DNA of 64,000 nt from Octopus vulgaris (GCA_951406725.2 OX597817.1:27032001-27096000), one strand, 5' to 3'. Shown: positions 1 through 14,874, counted from the first letter of the stretch. Numbers and translations are program-made. Notes: generated by a model not told the origin, from the letters alone.

Positions 1-160
1 TATAGGAGTGGCTGTGTGGTAAGTAGCTTGCTTGCGAACCACATGGTCCAGGGTTCAGTCCCACTGCATGGCATCTTGGGCAAGTGTCTTCTACTATAGC
101 CTCGGGCCAACTAAAGCCTTGTCAGTGGATATAGTAGACGGAAACTGAAAGAAGCCCATC

Positions 161-195
<35 letters not shown>

Positions 196-425
196 GTATG
201 TATGTGTGTGTGTATGTTTGTGTGTCTGTGTTTGTCCCCCAAACATTGCTTGACAACCGATGTTGGTGTGTTTACGTCTCCGTAATTTAGCGGTTCGGCA
301 ATAGGGACCAATAGAATAAGTACTAGGCTTACAAAGAATAAGTCCTGGGGTCGATTTGCTTGACTAAAAGCAGTGCTCCAGTATGGCCACAGTCAAGTGA
401 CTGAAACAAGTAAAAGAGTAAAGAG
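1..425 (+). mobile_element. tRNA-derived SINE family A (CORE-like cttgggcaagt block, internal (TA)n/(TG)n, tail gactgaaacaagtaaaagag)
   Basis: A/B-box-like head ggagtggctgtgtggtaag...gggttcagtccc; more than 10 similar copies in the window. Confidence 0.85.
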
Positions 426-427
426 TA

Positions 428-515
<88 letters not shown>

Positions 516-709
516 AAGAGAGGTGTATGTATATATATGTCTATCGAACATATATATATACATATATATGTACATATATATATATAATGTTAGATCTTTC
601 TTTCTTTCCTTTCCTGAGTGTTCAATAACACTATACTTGTTCCACGTCCTTGTGTCGTTGTGTTTTGTCTTTGCATTTTCATGTTTGGATTAACTTAACC
701 ATATATATA

Positions 710-1113
710 GGTGCAGGAGTGGCTGTGTGGTAAGTAGCTTGTTTACCAGCCACATGGTTCCGGGTTCAGTCCCACTGCGTGCCACCTTGGGCAAGTGTCT
801 TCTACTATAGCCTCAGGCCGACCAAAGCCTTGCGAGTGGATTTGTTAGACGGAAACTGAAAGAAGCCTGTTGTATATATGTATATACATATGCGTGTGTG
901 TGTTTGTGTGTCTGTATTTGTCCTCCTAGCATTGCTTGACAACCGATGCTGGTGTGTTTATGTCCCCGTTACTTAGCGGTTCGGCAAAAGTGACCGATAA
1001 AATAAGTACTGGGCTTACAAAAGAATAAGTCCCGGGGTCGAGTTGCTCGATTAAATGCGGTGCTCCAGCATGGCTGCAGTCAAATGACTGAAACAAGTAA
1101 AAGAGTAAAAGAG
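710..1113 (+). mobile_element. SINE family A
   Basis: Full-length match to the copy at 1-425. Confidence 0.85.
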
Positions 1114-1346
1114 AAAGAGAGAGTATGTATATATATATATATTGATAAATTTCAGGGTAGTAAAAATTATTTAGAAATTTTTTATTACTAGTGGCTTTGC
1201 ATGTAAAAATACTAGTCAATAGACTATATATTATTCATATAAATACAGTGTACAGTTAAACACATAAGAGATGGCCATAATAGGACATCTAACCTGCTAG
1301 AAGGAGTAGTTGGTAATTTTGAAAGGGAATGAAAAATAAAAATATT

Positions 1347-1516
1347 TACCTATTTCTTTATTACCCACAAGGGGCTAAACATAGAGGGGACAAACAAGGA
1401 CAGTCATAGGTATTAAGTCGATTACATCGACCCCAGTACGTAAATGGTACTTAATTTATCGACCCCAAAAGGATGAAAGGCAAAGTCGATCTCGGCGGAA
1501 TTTGAACTCACAACGT
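1347..1516 (-). mobile_element. SINE family B (Nin-domain-like), 5' truncated
   Basis: Minus strand reads tttgcctttcatccttttggggtcgataaattaagtacc...gccccttgtgggtaataaagaaataggta. Confidence 0.8.
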
Positions 1517-2000
1517 TTCCTGGAACATGGTTTCAAGCTCTCTTCAGCAAATAAATTAATTTTCTAGGTGAAGCTTTCACCAGCAGGAAAGCAAAGATTA
1601 ACATATAAGCACGAGGCAATACAGAACATACCACTCAATATAGATTCTTAAATTTTCTAATTTTTAATCATCTCCAGCTCTACAGAATGCAACACAATTA
1701 TTAGATGGCAATGGAAACTAGCACCAAAAGAGAAGAAAAATAATCACCAAATCTGACATTGCATTAAGAAAATGGACGAGTTTATTACTTGAAAATATGA
1801 GGACACTTATGGGCACGTATCTGCCTCAAAAGATATCCTCATCAATCATCAAAGAAGCAATGAAGGCCTGAGTGATTGCACAAGAGTAGATTCTACTGAA
1901 GCAAACCAAGGGTTAAGTGGCTATATTAAGCCAGGTGAGAGAAAAGACTACCACTCACAGAGTGGAAATTTTCTACAGTTGGTCTTCTGCTCAGTATCTA

Positions 2001-2220
2001 TTTACCCTTTTGCTCTTTTACTTGTTTCAGTCATTTGACTGTGGCCATGCTGGAACATCACCTTTAGTCGAGCAAATCGACCCCAGCACTTATTCTTTGT
2101 AAGCCTAGTACTTATTCTATCGGTCTCTTTTGCCGAACCGCTAAGTTATGGGGATGTAAACACACCACCATTGGTCGTCAAGCAATGTTGGGTGGGTGGG
2201 ACAAACACAGACACACAAAC

Positions 2221-2292
<72 letters not shown>

Positions 2293-2451
2293 GGCTTCTT
2301 TCAGTTTCCGTCTACCAAATCCACTCACATGGCTTTGGTCGACCCGAGGCTATAGTAGAAGACACTTGTCCAAGGCGCCACGCAGTGGGAATGAACCCGG
2401 AACCATGTAGTTGGTAAGCAAGCTGCTTACCACACAGCCACTCCTGCACCT
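2001..2451 (-). mobile_element. SINE family A
   Basis: Reverse complement of the family A sequence. Confidence 0.85.
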
Positions 2452-3262
2452 GTAAAGTTTATTGATATGGTTTTGAATGATCAAAAGCTCTGGAAGAAAA
2501 TCCGAGTCAATCTCCCATATTATGAAATCAAACCCAAACCATGTAATTTTCAAACAAATCTATTAACCACAAGGCCATGCTGGCACATATTATACAAATG
2601 GATATACATTGCCTTGGTTTTGTTTTCCTCTTCCTATAATATAAACCTGCTGACTTGGAAGCCTTTTACAGACCCCTAGCTCCAGCCTCAGCTGTGAACT
2701 TGGAACCTAATGGATGACCAATTATAGCACTTACGCAACGTACCTATCAGTTTGAGCATCAGTGTACTAAACCCCTGATATTCTTTATACATGAATGCAT
2801 GTATATCCATTTGTACTTTTGTTTTGTAGAAGTTTTTGTTGTTGCTGTTAATATTACTTATTTATTGCTTTGATGGGATTCTTTGCCACAAATTTTCCGC
2901 TTTTGTACCTTGGTCTAATAAACTGAATCAGAAAACAATATAGAATAGACATCTATTATCTACATGTGTTTAAGCATATGAAATTGAGATAGAATATCAT
3001 TACTTGTGATATTGGCAATTATGTGATGATTCTATAACAGACATTGAATCAATGTATAAACCAAAGTTATTAACATATTTATTTGAAGAGAATTGCTTCT
3101 TTAACTCAGAAAACACTGATCAGTTTTCATCATGTCAATTCTCTTTCTGTGAATTACAAATTACTGATTTAATTTCTTTATATTCAATGAGACTTAATTA
3201 GTTTGTGATTTGAGTTAAACTCAGTTTCAACTATTTTAATTTTAATGCATTTAATAGCAGCC

Positions 3263-3850
3263 ATCATCATTGTTTAACATCTGCTTTCCATGCTAGCATG
3301 GGTTGGATGGTTTGACATGGAGCTAGCTAGCAGGGAACTGTCCAAACACCAACTGTCTGTTGAGGCATGGTTACTACAGCTGGATACTCTTCCTAATACC
3401 AACCACTTTACAGAGTGTGCCGGCCGTTTTTTATGTGTAACTGGCATGGATACATTTATGCAGCAGAATGCATTTACGCCGTATATAACATCATCATCAT
3501 CATCATCATTGTTTAACGTCCGTTTTCCATGCTAGCATGAGTTGGACAGTTCAACCAATGTCTGGGAAGCCAGGAGACTGCACCAGGCTCCAGTCTGATC
3601 TGGCAGTGTTTCTATAGCTGGATGCCCTTCCTACCGTGAGTGTAGTGGGTTCTTTTTACATGCCACCGGCTAAGGGGCCAGAGGATGTTGGCAACAGCCA
3701 TGATCAGTTAGTGCTTTTTACGTGCCACCGGCACGGAAGCCAGCCAAGGCGGAGCTAGCATCGGCCACGTTCAGATGGTGCTTTTTATGTGCCACCGGCA
3801 CAGGTATCACAACTACAATTCCATTTGATTTTGATTTTGATGATGATGTA
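3263..3850 (-). mobile_element. Interspersed repeat family E (SINE/LINE-like 3' end with (GAT)n tail), two adjacent pieces
   Basis: catcatcat...tttaacgtccgttttccatgctagcatg...gctggatgcccttcc recurs at 4273, 11870 and 48068. Confidence 0.7.
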
Positions 3851-4272
3851 CTTGACTCAACATATTTGTATTTTGTTAATAATACAAATTTACATGATAT
3901 AACAAAGTTAACAAACCAGAATAAAGGCAATCAACTTAGGATAGAACCCAATTGGTCATCTTCGTCATTATTTTAAATTCCACTTTTGCATATTCACATG
4001 GGCTAGATGGGATTTCTCAAGGCAGATTATTTTTATGGCAGGATGGCCTTCCTGTCACCAACCCTCACCAGTTTCCAAGTAAGCGATATTTTCAAAAGAG
4101 TTTAGACAGAATGGTCACCACTTGTATGACATGCATTTACAACTATAATGCAATGTCAAGGATATGCGACACTAACATACTCAAAAGCACACATATGCAC
4201 ATGTGTACGTACATATACATATGAACTTTACAAGGAATGACTTCTCTATTTTTGCATTAATACTTTCAATTT

Positions 4273-5075
4273 CATCATCATCATCGCTTAACGTCTGCTT
4301 TCCATGCTAGCATGAGCTACATGGTTTGACTAAGGACTGGCAAGCCAAGAGGCTGTACCAGACTCCAATTTGATCTGGCAAGGTTTCTACAGCTGGATGT
4401 CCTTCCTAACGCCAACCACTCTGAGAGTGCAGTGGGTGCTTTTTACATGCCACTGGCATGGGGGCCAGTCAGGCAGTACTGGCATCAACCACACTTGAAT
4501 GGTGCTTTTTACATGCCACCTGCATGGGGCGGCCAGACAGGTGGTTCTGGCATTGTCTACACTTGAATGGTGCTTTTCATGTGCCACTGGCATGGGAGCC
4601 AGTCAGGCAGCACTGGTATCGAGCACACTTGAATTGTGCTTTTTGCATCCACTTTCCATGCTGGCATGGGTTGGATGGTTTGATAGAGGACTGGCAAGCC
4701 AAGTGGCTGCACCAGGCTCTAGTCTGATCTGGCAAGATTTCTACAGCTGGATGACCTTCCTAATGGCAACCACTACAAGAATGCAGTCAGTGCTTTTTAC
4801 ATGCCACCGGCATGGGGGCCAGTCAGGCAGTAATAGCATCAACCACGCTCAACTGGTGTTTTTTACGTGCCACTGGCATGGAACCAGTCAGGCAGCACTG
4901 GCATTGATCATGCTCATGCGGTGCTTTTTAAGTGCCACTAGCACGGGAACCAGTCTGGTTCCCGTGCATCAATCACACTTGACTGGCACTTTTTACTAGC
5001 CACAGGCATAGGTACCAGTCAGGTAGTACTGGCATTGGCCACAACAATGATTTCTCTTGACTTAACAGGTCCTTT
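4273..5075 (-). mobile_element. Repeat family E with internal ~66-bp tandem units
   Basis: Unit ggtgcttttt(a)catgccactggcatgggagccagtcaggcagtactggcat... repeated about 7 times. Confidence 0.7.
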
Positions 5076-5384
5076 GAGTACCAATATTAATTTGATTAAT
5101 AGAATGAGTAGTTCTGAACCAGACCTGTTTTCAATATAGAAGAATATTTAAATAGCGATATATTTGAATCCGAATTGCTATATTTTTTTTTAAATACCAA
5201 ATACCAAATTATGTAGTAAGTTTAGTACTCATTACTGATGACATTGGGTTTTGCCTAATTTTCATGTTTGAGAATTATTTTAATAAATTTTAAATAAATG
5301 AGAATTCTCCACATGGTTGTTTTTTTTCTTTTTCTGTTTACTATTATAACCTTAACGTACTTTATATGAAGAATTAACTTCTTG

Positions 5385-5605
5385 CAGATGCCATTTACGT
5401 AAAAAAGTTGATAGTATTAAAATATTTAATGCAGAGATAAGTGTTAACATACTTAATACAGAAAACAGTGTTAAAATATTTAATGTACAGAGTATTATAA
5501 CCATTCTTAATGCAGAAGGAAATGCTAACTTATTTCATACTGGGAATAGTATAAAATATTTAATGTATTAACATATCTAATGTATTAATATACTTAATGC
5601 AAGAC
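5385..5605. repeat. Degenerate ~27-bp AT-rich minisatellite
   Basis: Recurrent agtgttaa(c/a)ata(c/t)ttaat(g/a)caga. Confidence 0.5.
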
Positions 5606-6260
5606 ATATCAAAAGCTTAACTAGAAGTAATTAGACAGTGTGGAAAGCCAGTGTTAGTCATTGACCAATGTTATTCTAACTCATTCAGCCAAGGTCAACA
5701 GTAACTTTCATTGTTTTTGTACCAGTTCAGGGCCAAATTATTTGTGGATCAGAAGACATGCTTCACTGTATTTCTATCAACTCTTTACAATCTGTGTTCT
5801 TATTCTGTAAACTTATTTCATTACCTGATGTAATATCATCATTTGGTCCTTGCATCTATTGTGATCTTTCAGCCTGCTTAGGTTTCTGGTTTTGGACAGC
5901 TTTCTTTTATCATCTCATCAGTCTTGAATGCTCTGTCGAGAGCATTTCCCTTCTCTCTTGAGGGTAAAATTTGAGCAGACAGCTCTGGACATGTTTCCTG
6001 AACTTGCTGGAATAATGCAATGTCTAATGGTTTTCTCTGTTGAATAACTACTTCTAGCAAGATTTCTTGGTGTCAACCCACTACAAATATAATGCACTGA
6101 AAAAAAAGTAGTTTTATTATAAACTTTTTTATAATTTATTTCTCTAATTTAGTAATTTTAGTAACTGATACCAAATGCAAGTTTTAGGCTAAATGATAGC
6201 AGTTTATGTATAGTTACTGAGGTAATGTTAAAGATTATGGGATGCATTGACAATAATGGT

Positions 6261-6580
6261 GGAGGCGCAATGGTCCAGTGGTTAGGGCAGCGGACTTGTG
6301 GTCGGAGGATCGTGGTTTCAATTCCCAGACTGGGTGTTGTGTATGTTTATTGAGTGAAAACACCTAAAAGCTCCACGAGGCTCCGGCAGGGGGTGGTGGC
6401 GATTCCTGTTGTACTCTTTCGCCCAACTTTCTCTCACTCTTTCTTCTTGTTTCTTGAGTAATGCTGCGATAGATTGGCATCCTGTCCAGCTAGGGGGGGG
6501 GACACGTATGCCATAGAAACCGGGAAACCAGGCCCATGAGCCTGGCTAGGCTTGAAAAGGGCGCATAAATAAATAAAAAA
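6261..6580 (+). mobile_element. tRNA-derived SINE family C
   Basis: Head ggaggcgcaatggtccagtggttagggcagcggac...gtttcaattccc, matching the copy at 57849. Confidence 0.8.
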
Positions 6581-7002
6581 TTTTTTAATAATAAAAAAAT
6601 TAAATTGACAATAATTGCATAGACTTGGTGGATCAAAGCTCTGTATGTAAAAGGAACAACCCATCCTCTATAGAATAGCTGACTCATATGTACGAAGGTT
6701 GTTTTTGTTGTTTGACTCTTCTTTTAAAATGGTAGCATGTAGTATGAGATTTGGCTATAGTTTCTTGCAAGTCAAGTAACCCTGTATTTGGCTTCTTCAT
6801 TGATAAGTCATTACTTAGTTTCAGACCAGACCTGATCAAGCAGATGTATGATCGAAGGTGTTCCAACCATAATTATTTCAGCATTTTTCATCCACTTATA
6901 GTGCATGTAGAAGTATATTATCCTATGTAAACCCTGGCTTTAAACTACATTTGGTAATGGGAGCATAGTTTGGGAGTTCTAGGGCTTGGGGAAGTGTGGA
7001 AA

Positions 7003-7212
7003 TACCTATTTCTTTATTGCCCACAAGGGGCTAAACATAGAGGGGACAAACAAGGACAGACAAAGGGATTAAGTCGATTACATCGACCCCAGTGTGTAAC
7101 TAGTACTTAATTTATCGACCCGGAAAGGATGAAAGGTAAAGTCGACCTCGGCAGAATTTGAACTCAGAACGCAGCGGCATCCAGCGTGCTAATGATTCTG
7201 CCAGCTCGCCAC
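7003..7212 (-). mobile_element. SINE family B, internally deleted
   Basis: Matches 49824-50058 in reverse. Confidence 0.8.
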
Positions 7213-8509
7213 CTGATACCACTTAGCCACAATAGTTCTTAAGTCTACTCTGACCCACAACAGAAGCACCTGTCAGGGTACCCTACTATGGGTTAACTTA
7301 CATATTACAGCTTGCCCTCCTTTGCATGTAAAGATTGAATCCAATGGATTATGCCGGAGAAAACTTCATAGTTCAATGGAAGAGAAAGCAGTCGCAGCAA
7401 TGCATTGTGGAGTGCAGAGGGCCAGACATCTTGGTCATCCACTGCATCTGTCTCCATCCCCAGTCATTTTGACCGGGTCTTACAACTAGATGCAAGATGG
7501 TTATGGATGAGAGAATTAAGTGGATGCTGTCCAACACTTCACTTTAAATAAAGACACAGCAACAAACATGACCCTATGTATTCTCACTTTGAAATAATAA
7601 AGTGTAACATGAGAAAGATTTAACTGCTATCTTTTCAAATTGAGTGACCATATATAGGGTTCCCCACTGCCATGTTGAAACTATTGATGACAATATCTTG
7701 AAATGGTTGACAATTTCTAAGTTTAAACACATTCTACAATTTAGAATTCTCTTCTTTTTTTTTTACTAAAAGTAGTTTTTTTCTAATGCTAGAATAAATA
7801 TCTCTCCATGTTAATAATTTAAATTCTTTGAATTTATTAACGATATATTCAAATACTTCATTTTTTTTTTTTTTAAGTAGAATAAAAATACATAATCTTT
7901 GAAGGTGAATATATTTCAGACATTGCAATTCAATTTTGATTTTTCCATTCTTTTATTTTTTTTTTGTCCTTAGACATAATGTCTTTATGTCTATCAACAG
8001 AATTTCGGAATGGGAAAACAATAAAAATCATTATTTATGTATTGACTGACATTTTGTTCATATAATCAATAGCATCTGGTTTACTATTGGTGGCTTGCTT
8101 TTCTCATTCTTTCTTTTTTCTTTTCTTTTTTGGTATGTGTATGTATTTAAGAACTGTATCATAAATTTCTGTAAATATTCATGTAGACAAAAGAATTTGA
8201 TTTTTGGTGGAAGTCACTTACATTTTTCTTTAAATCGTTATAGCATATATTTTATTTGTTGCTTTAGTCTATTGTTAGTTTCAGCCAGTAGATTGCAACC
8301 ATGCTGTGGCACAAGCACACGTAAACCCTAAGTCTCTTTGCACACAATACACTTATATATACGAACTAACAAATCAAAGCTTCTATGTTAGAAATAGCAG
8401 CTTCACCCTACTATCTAAAAAACAAAGCAACAAATATTAGAAAGATGGGATGGTCACAGTTGCAATATCTTTTTATCATAAGAGTAAAAGAGTATTATCA
8501 CTGGGAGAT

Positions 8510-9236
8510 AACAGTTTATTCAACGTGACCTCCCTCAGTTTCCATCACAGTCTCAAGAAAGGTCCAGAACCTGGTGTAGGTGTATGTGTTCCTCCTTGTG
8601 TCCCTGGGAAGATCTTCAAACACATCCTTGATCTTGGCTACCAGCTCAGCCTTGGTATTGCAAGCAGAGTGATTGGTGTCTTTCTCAATCACACCCTACA
8701 CATAGTAATCAATGGAATTACAATCAGGTAAATTAGAAGGTGAGAAATGAGGGCAAGCAAAGTCACATACATTCCCCAACAAACACTCATGACTCATTCT
8801 GAAGGTATAGCAAGGAGGAAAATCATATTTTCCACATATATGGCCTTCCAGCAACAATTTTCTCTAGCCAGGGTTTGACCACAGTTTCCAGCAACTTCAC
8901 ATAACTGTCTGAATTGAGCCTAACACCCACAGACCATCACAGTTTGGGGGAAGTTGGTTTTCATGATGTTCCATGTCATGTCTTACAGACCTTAGTGTTC
9001 ACAGAGCATTGAAAAACAGTCATGATGCTGGCATTTTGATACCTAACATGAATCATCACAATACAGGTAACTCTTTTTCTGTACTCCAATGGCTTCCATT
9101 TCTCCACATCAGTTAACTTTTTTCTCAATTACAACTTTAATATTTATGCTCCCCATTGACTGTTCACCAATACATCATGGTGTTTCTGTAAAAAAGGGGA
9201 CATAAAAATCTTCAGATTTAGCTGAACATCCTGTAC
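8510..9236 (-). mobile_element. Decayed Tc1/mariner-superfamily transposase remnant
   Basis: Minus strand translates as PSNLPDCNSIDYYV*GVIEKDTNHSACNTKAELVAKIKDVFEDLP...EGGHVE, like the SPDLNP.DY.VW C-terminus. TIR-like tacaggatgttcag at ~9222-9235. Confidence 0.65.
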
Positions 9237-9559
9237 ATAAAAATGTTGCAGAATAAAAGGTAAGCTCTCAGAACCTCCAATTTTTTGTAGCTATTTCACT
9301 GAGCTTAATGTATTAATATATTAAGTGGTGGTATACAGCTAAAAGAAACATGGAACAATAAAAGTAAAATGTAACTAATGAAGGTTGATATTCCAATTAT
9401 AAGCAAAATTTTACAATAAGAATAACTTGTTGATAGGAAGAGGAATCTGAAGTTTCATTAAGAGTTTATTATCAGATGAATAAAAAATTAATGCCAATGC
9501 TAAATGGAATATAGAATCTTAAATAAGATTTGCAAGTTTGACTCTTGTCATTGGTACTG

Positions 9560-10125
9560 TTTGGTATCCAAGGCCAAAAGACTTAACTCTCCTGGACAAT
9601 TTATCTGGATCTGGATGATGGTTTCATGAACCCTAGATTAAAAAGTTTTGAGGATCCATGAGCACATTCTGTGGGCAACATCAACTTTTTTGTTGATGTG
9701 CACACTCCAGCTAAGGTTGCTACCAACAGTTACACCTAAGTCTCTGCTATTATCCAACGGTTCAAGTAGGTCTCTCTATGGTAGTGTATATGGTTGTTTG
9801 AGTATGCTCTCTTTTCTAAAGTGGATGAGCTCAATTTTTTTTTCGTTCAGCTGCATATTGCTTTTTTGTGCCCACTAGAATACTGCACATAGGTCCTATT
9901 GAAGCATTGTTCGATCATATGCTCCCTTAATGACTTTCTGGAGCTTAGAGTCATCTGCAAATATTTTAATGATGCTAAGCTCAATAGAATTTGTCATGTC
10001 ATTGGTATAGACAATAAAAAGAAGTGGACCAAGTACAGTACCCTGTGGGACTCCACTGATGACTGTTGCTGGTTTTGAGTGGATTCCATCAACCACAACA
10101 TGCTGGGCCCTGTTTGTTAACCACA
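9560..10125 (-). pseudogene. CR1/L2-type LINE reverse transcriptase fragment
   Basis: VISGVPQGTVLGPLLFIVYTND...KIFADDSKL in ORF 9896-10204, with stops downstream. Confidence 0.85.
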
Positions 10126-10902
10126 ACATGCATATACACCCATTACCCACTTTTATCTTCAATCTCATTGTTTGTTTACATCTGATGTCTCGTGTACAAA
10201 ACAATGTAGCAAAAATCAGTGCCGGCTATAATTTCTATCAGATATCTGTAGAAATAACCTTTACAAAATAAAGGATATTTCATAGCCACATGGCCACACA
10301 TGTACTTGATGCTTTTATAATTGTCAGTGATATTCATGAAAATTTTATATCTAAGTTATTGAAGAACTGAAACTAAAAACCAATTTTACATTCATAGCTT
10401 GAGAGTATTTCATAGATAATTTCGGTAATGGAGAATCAGGAAATCATATTAAACCTAATTAAAACACACACATAAAATAAAAGAAATATAATAAAATGAA
10501 TCAATATGAATATTAGAGAAAAAATTACAACAGCAATGGAATAGAGAAGGATAGAGAGAAATTATAATAGAATAAAGATTCTTGATTGAATTGATAATAA
10601 CAAGAATTATAAAACAGAAATAAGTATAAAAAATGTTGGCAGGGTGGGTAATGGTAGTGAGGGTGATGGTAAGGACAGGAAAGTGAAGGGTCGACATTTG
10701 TTTTAGTAGTCATTGTGGTGGTACTGGAGGGAGGTGATGGGGGCCAGATTTTTACAAATTGGTGGTGGTGGTATTGGTAGCATTGGTGAAGGTGGCAAAA
10801 AGAATTGGTGACTGTATCAATTTTGAATCTGGTAATGAGATTGACAATTTGTGATATAGTTAGTGATGCTAGTGGTTGTTCAATATGACAGAGGTAATAG
10901 AC

Positions 10903-11105
10903 TGGTGGTTAGTGGTGATGATGACGACCATGATGATGATGGTGGTGGTGGTGGTGGTGATGGTGGTGGTGGTGGTGGTGGTGGTGGTGGTGGTGGTGGT
11001 GGTGGTGGTGGTGGTGGTGGTGGTGGTGGTGGTGGTGGTGCTGTTTATGGTGGATTGGACAGTTGTTGGCAAATATCCAGCATGGATAATATTGATAGGA
11101 ATGGC

Positions 11106-11158
<53 letters not shown>

Positions 11159-11168
11159 AAGAGAGATA
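10903..11168. repeat. (GGT)n/(GAT)n and (GA)n microsatellites
   Basis: Direct reading. Confidence 0.9.
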
Positions 11169-11869
11169 AAGTAAAAGAGAAAATAAGGGTGATGATATCC
11201 ATGATTAAGATATGTTCTATATGGAATTAGTAATGTGGACGATAATAGTTATGGTGATGGCCAGAATGATAATAATGTTGGCAAAATAATTGTTGAGAGC
11301 AGGATGATGGCATTGCACCTGATGATGGTAATGATGATGAGGATGATGATGATGACGATGATGATGATGTTGTTGGTGGTGGTGACAATTATGATGATGA
11401 CTCTGACAATGGTTTTGATCATGATAATAAAAGCCGAAAATGAGTAATGATGGTGATTACAATGATGATGATAATGTGCTTGATGGTAATGACATCATCA
11501 TGATAAACAACAAAACAAGAATTTGTAGTTTAGCATGTTAAGTGTGCAATACTAAATTCTGAATTATTAAATTTCATTTATATATTAATAACTGTATTGA
11601 AGTAAATCTATGCCCCCAAAAAAGAACACAAGAGACCTACAATCTTTTCCTGCTAGCCATTTTTATCTTATAAAATAGGATAAACATTTCAAGTAACTAG
11701 TTCTCTCACTCTCAGATACACCCAACCTGGTATTTCTACATAATCCCAATCTTGATGCCTTGTTCTTCCTCTCTAGTGTGAATCATATTATATATATCAA
11801 TGTGACCAACACTTCTGATGGAACATCATTTAATGTAATATATTGCAAAATTTGCAAATTCTGAGTGCA

Positions 11870-11870
11870 C

Positions 11871-11924
<54 letters not shown>

Positions 11925-12400
11925 TTAACGTCTGCTTGCCATGTTGGCATGGGTTGGATGGTATGACTGAGGACTGGAAAGTCAGGAGGCTGCACCAGGC
12001 CACAATCTGCTCTGGCAAGGTTACTATACCTGGATGCCCTTCCTAATGTCAAGCACTCTGAGAGTGTAGTGAATGCTTTTTAGATGCCACCAGCACGGTG
12101 GCCAGTCAGACAGTATTAGCAATGACTAGCACTTGAATGGTGCCTTTTATTTGCCACCAGCACAGGAGCCAGTCAGGCAACACTGGCATTGGCTGCACCC
12201 AAATGGTGCATTTTATGTGCCACTTGCATGGGTGCCAGTCAGGCAGAATTGGTATGAGCCATGACAACCATTCATTTAACTCAACAGGTCTTCTCAAGCA
12301 CAGCATATTGCCTGACATAAAAGGGTACTTTTAAAAGGGCTAGTTATGTGACACTGGCATCAGCTGTGGATATGATCTCGCTTGGATTGCTGGGCCTTCT
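11870..12400 (-). mobile_element. Repeat family E with long (CAT)n tail
   Basis: Homologous to 4273-5075. Confidence 0.7.
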
Positions 12401-13954
12401 ATTTAGATGAAACAGATAGTTGAAAGTATTGTAGAATATATAAATTCTAGAATGCAATCAAATAAAAGCCATGTGTCAATAAGGACAAGTCTTGAGGAGA
12501 GAGAGAAAGAAAGTCGAAGATAGAATCAGAAATAGTATAAAAGTGTATTAAGGCCTTGTGCGTAAGAGACTCTCATAAGATTCGCCTTATGTGTTGGTGG
12601 AAATTATAGACTAAAAGAAAGCTGGAGGAGTGGCTGGTTGAGTAAAAGTGTTGGGAGAAGTGTTTGAGGATTCTTTCAGTCTTGTTATGGACTGCACCCA
12701 TGGATGTTGAAATCTACAAATGGATTGGAAAAGCCAAATCTTACCTGGCTACTTTGAGGAAATAATATTTAAGTCTGTGATTGCAACCAAATGATTTTGA
12801 AACTGAAAATAATAGACACACACAACACATGCACATAAACACACACACACACAAATACACAAAAACACACACAGCAGACACACACACACACACACAACAC
12901 ACAAACACACACTCACATCAGGCATATATTGTCGGCATTAGAACAAATGAATCAGCAGGCACATACTCTCAGCATCAAAACAACAGACATTTGATTTGCT
13001 ATGTCTAATTAATGAACTTCGAGAGGACTTTTTAGTTTTGCTGAGGACACGACAAACTCTCTAGGGCTGGTGCTATGATTAAGTACACCCAATACATTTT
13101 TAACAAGTTTCTCGTTAGAATGGACATTAAACCATAGAAACAATATCAAAAATAGGTTTCTTAAGTGAAATAAGGTCCTAAAATTCATATAAAATAGAAG
13201 TGACTCTGTATAAGAACTCACTGATTCAGTGATGCCTTGTGCAGCCTCTGTCAGAATGGAAAGTAGATGTAAAAATTGATATTGGTGGTGATGATGGTAG
13301 TGATGATGATGATGTCAATAATAATGAAGAATCCAGAAGCAGATAAAAGTGATCCGTGTTTACCAGCATACAATGATACACAGTTACAAACATATTACAT
13401 CCTAAATGACATTGCAATAATTAAATGCAAGCATTTTAAAATGATACATAAATACGAGAAAAAACAACATGATTAACACAAAAATTTTTCCATCAAACAT
13501 ATGAAAAATAATTTACGCAGCAGCATGAATTCAGCAAATGATAAATATGCTACGAGAATAATAATAAGAGAAAAATATAAGTCTAGAAAGAGTTCAATGG
13601 GAAATAAATTGTTGATGTATATATTGCAAAACAATAATATGATAATGAAAACAAAAAAAATATTGCTCATGGAAACGCAATAAACATCATAAAACACTGT
13701 CAACACACGCCCATCCACCTACAGAAATAAATGTGTGTAAGAGAGTGAGAGAGAGAGAGAGAGAGAGTTTGTGTGAGTGTGTGTGTGTGTTTGTGTCTGT
13801 GTATATGTGTGTGCATGAGTGTGTGTGTGAGTGTGTATGTATGTGTGTGTATATGAGATCGTATGTGTCTGTTATGAAAGAGACTCTATAAAAGAAAACT
13901 TGAGTAGAAAAATTTGTTACAACTGAACTAAATATATCTTAAAAGTATTACAAT

Positions 13955-14136
13955 ATACATATGTATGTATGTGTGTGTCTGTGTGTGTGCGTGTGTCTGT
14001 ATGTGTGTATGAATATATATACATTTATGTGCACGCACACACGAACTAAGACACATACACATATATATACATAAATATATATATAAATACATATATATAT
14101 ACATACATATAAACATATATACATATATATAGATAG

Positions 14137-14189
<53 letters not shown>

Positions 14190-14206
14190 CATACATATAT
14201 ATATAT

Positions 14207-14255
<49 letters not shown>

Positions 14256-14282
14256 CATATATATATATATACATACATATAT

Positions 14283-14353
<71 letters not shown>

Positions 14354-14460
14354 TTCTGTGGGGTGGGGTGTACATATATCAGATCGTCATAGTAGCTAGA
14401 AAGAACGTTGAGGTATGAAGCAGGTAAACACACACACACACACACACACATATATACACA
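13955..14460. repeat. (TA)n/(CA)n compound microsatellite
   Basis: Direct reading. Confidence 0.9.
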
Positions 14461-14874
14461 AATATTCTATTTCATATTAAGTACAGTATATAAGTGCTTT
14501 ATTTTTATTACTGATATGTAGAGTCAACTTATATATCATTGTATATCTTTCAAGTGATTGATCAATGAATCAAACTGCACATAGTAAAACAGATACTCAC
14601 AAACATAAACCAGAACAAAACACATACACACACCACTCTCATATAACATATGTTATCATTTCATACACAGTTTCTAGTCATCTTTTACTTGTATATTCTG
14701 CACTGATACTGGATTCTATTTGTCTTCTCCAAATAGAGAATGTTCCTATGGTGATTGCAATTTTTTTTTTTATATGTTTAGCATTGTACTTTGCATCTTG
14801 AGTACAATGAGTATAAAGTTAATTTTTCATAAGAGGAAGTTTCTCTGTACTCTCTTAGCCAACAAGAAATATTA

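Noticed and set aside
1520-1990. Possible decayed Penelope RT (MAMETS resembling GxAMGT)
   Set aside because: Too degenerate to support without a search.
4435-5040. CRISPR-like regular repeats of ~66 bp
   Set aside because: The whole unit is repeated with no unique spacers, the context is eukaryotic, and it lies inside a dispersed repeat family.
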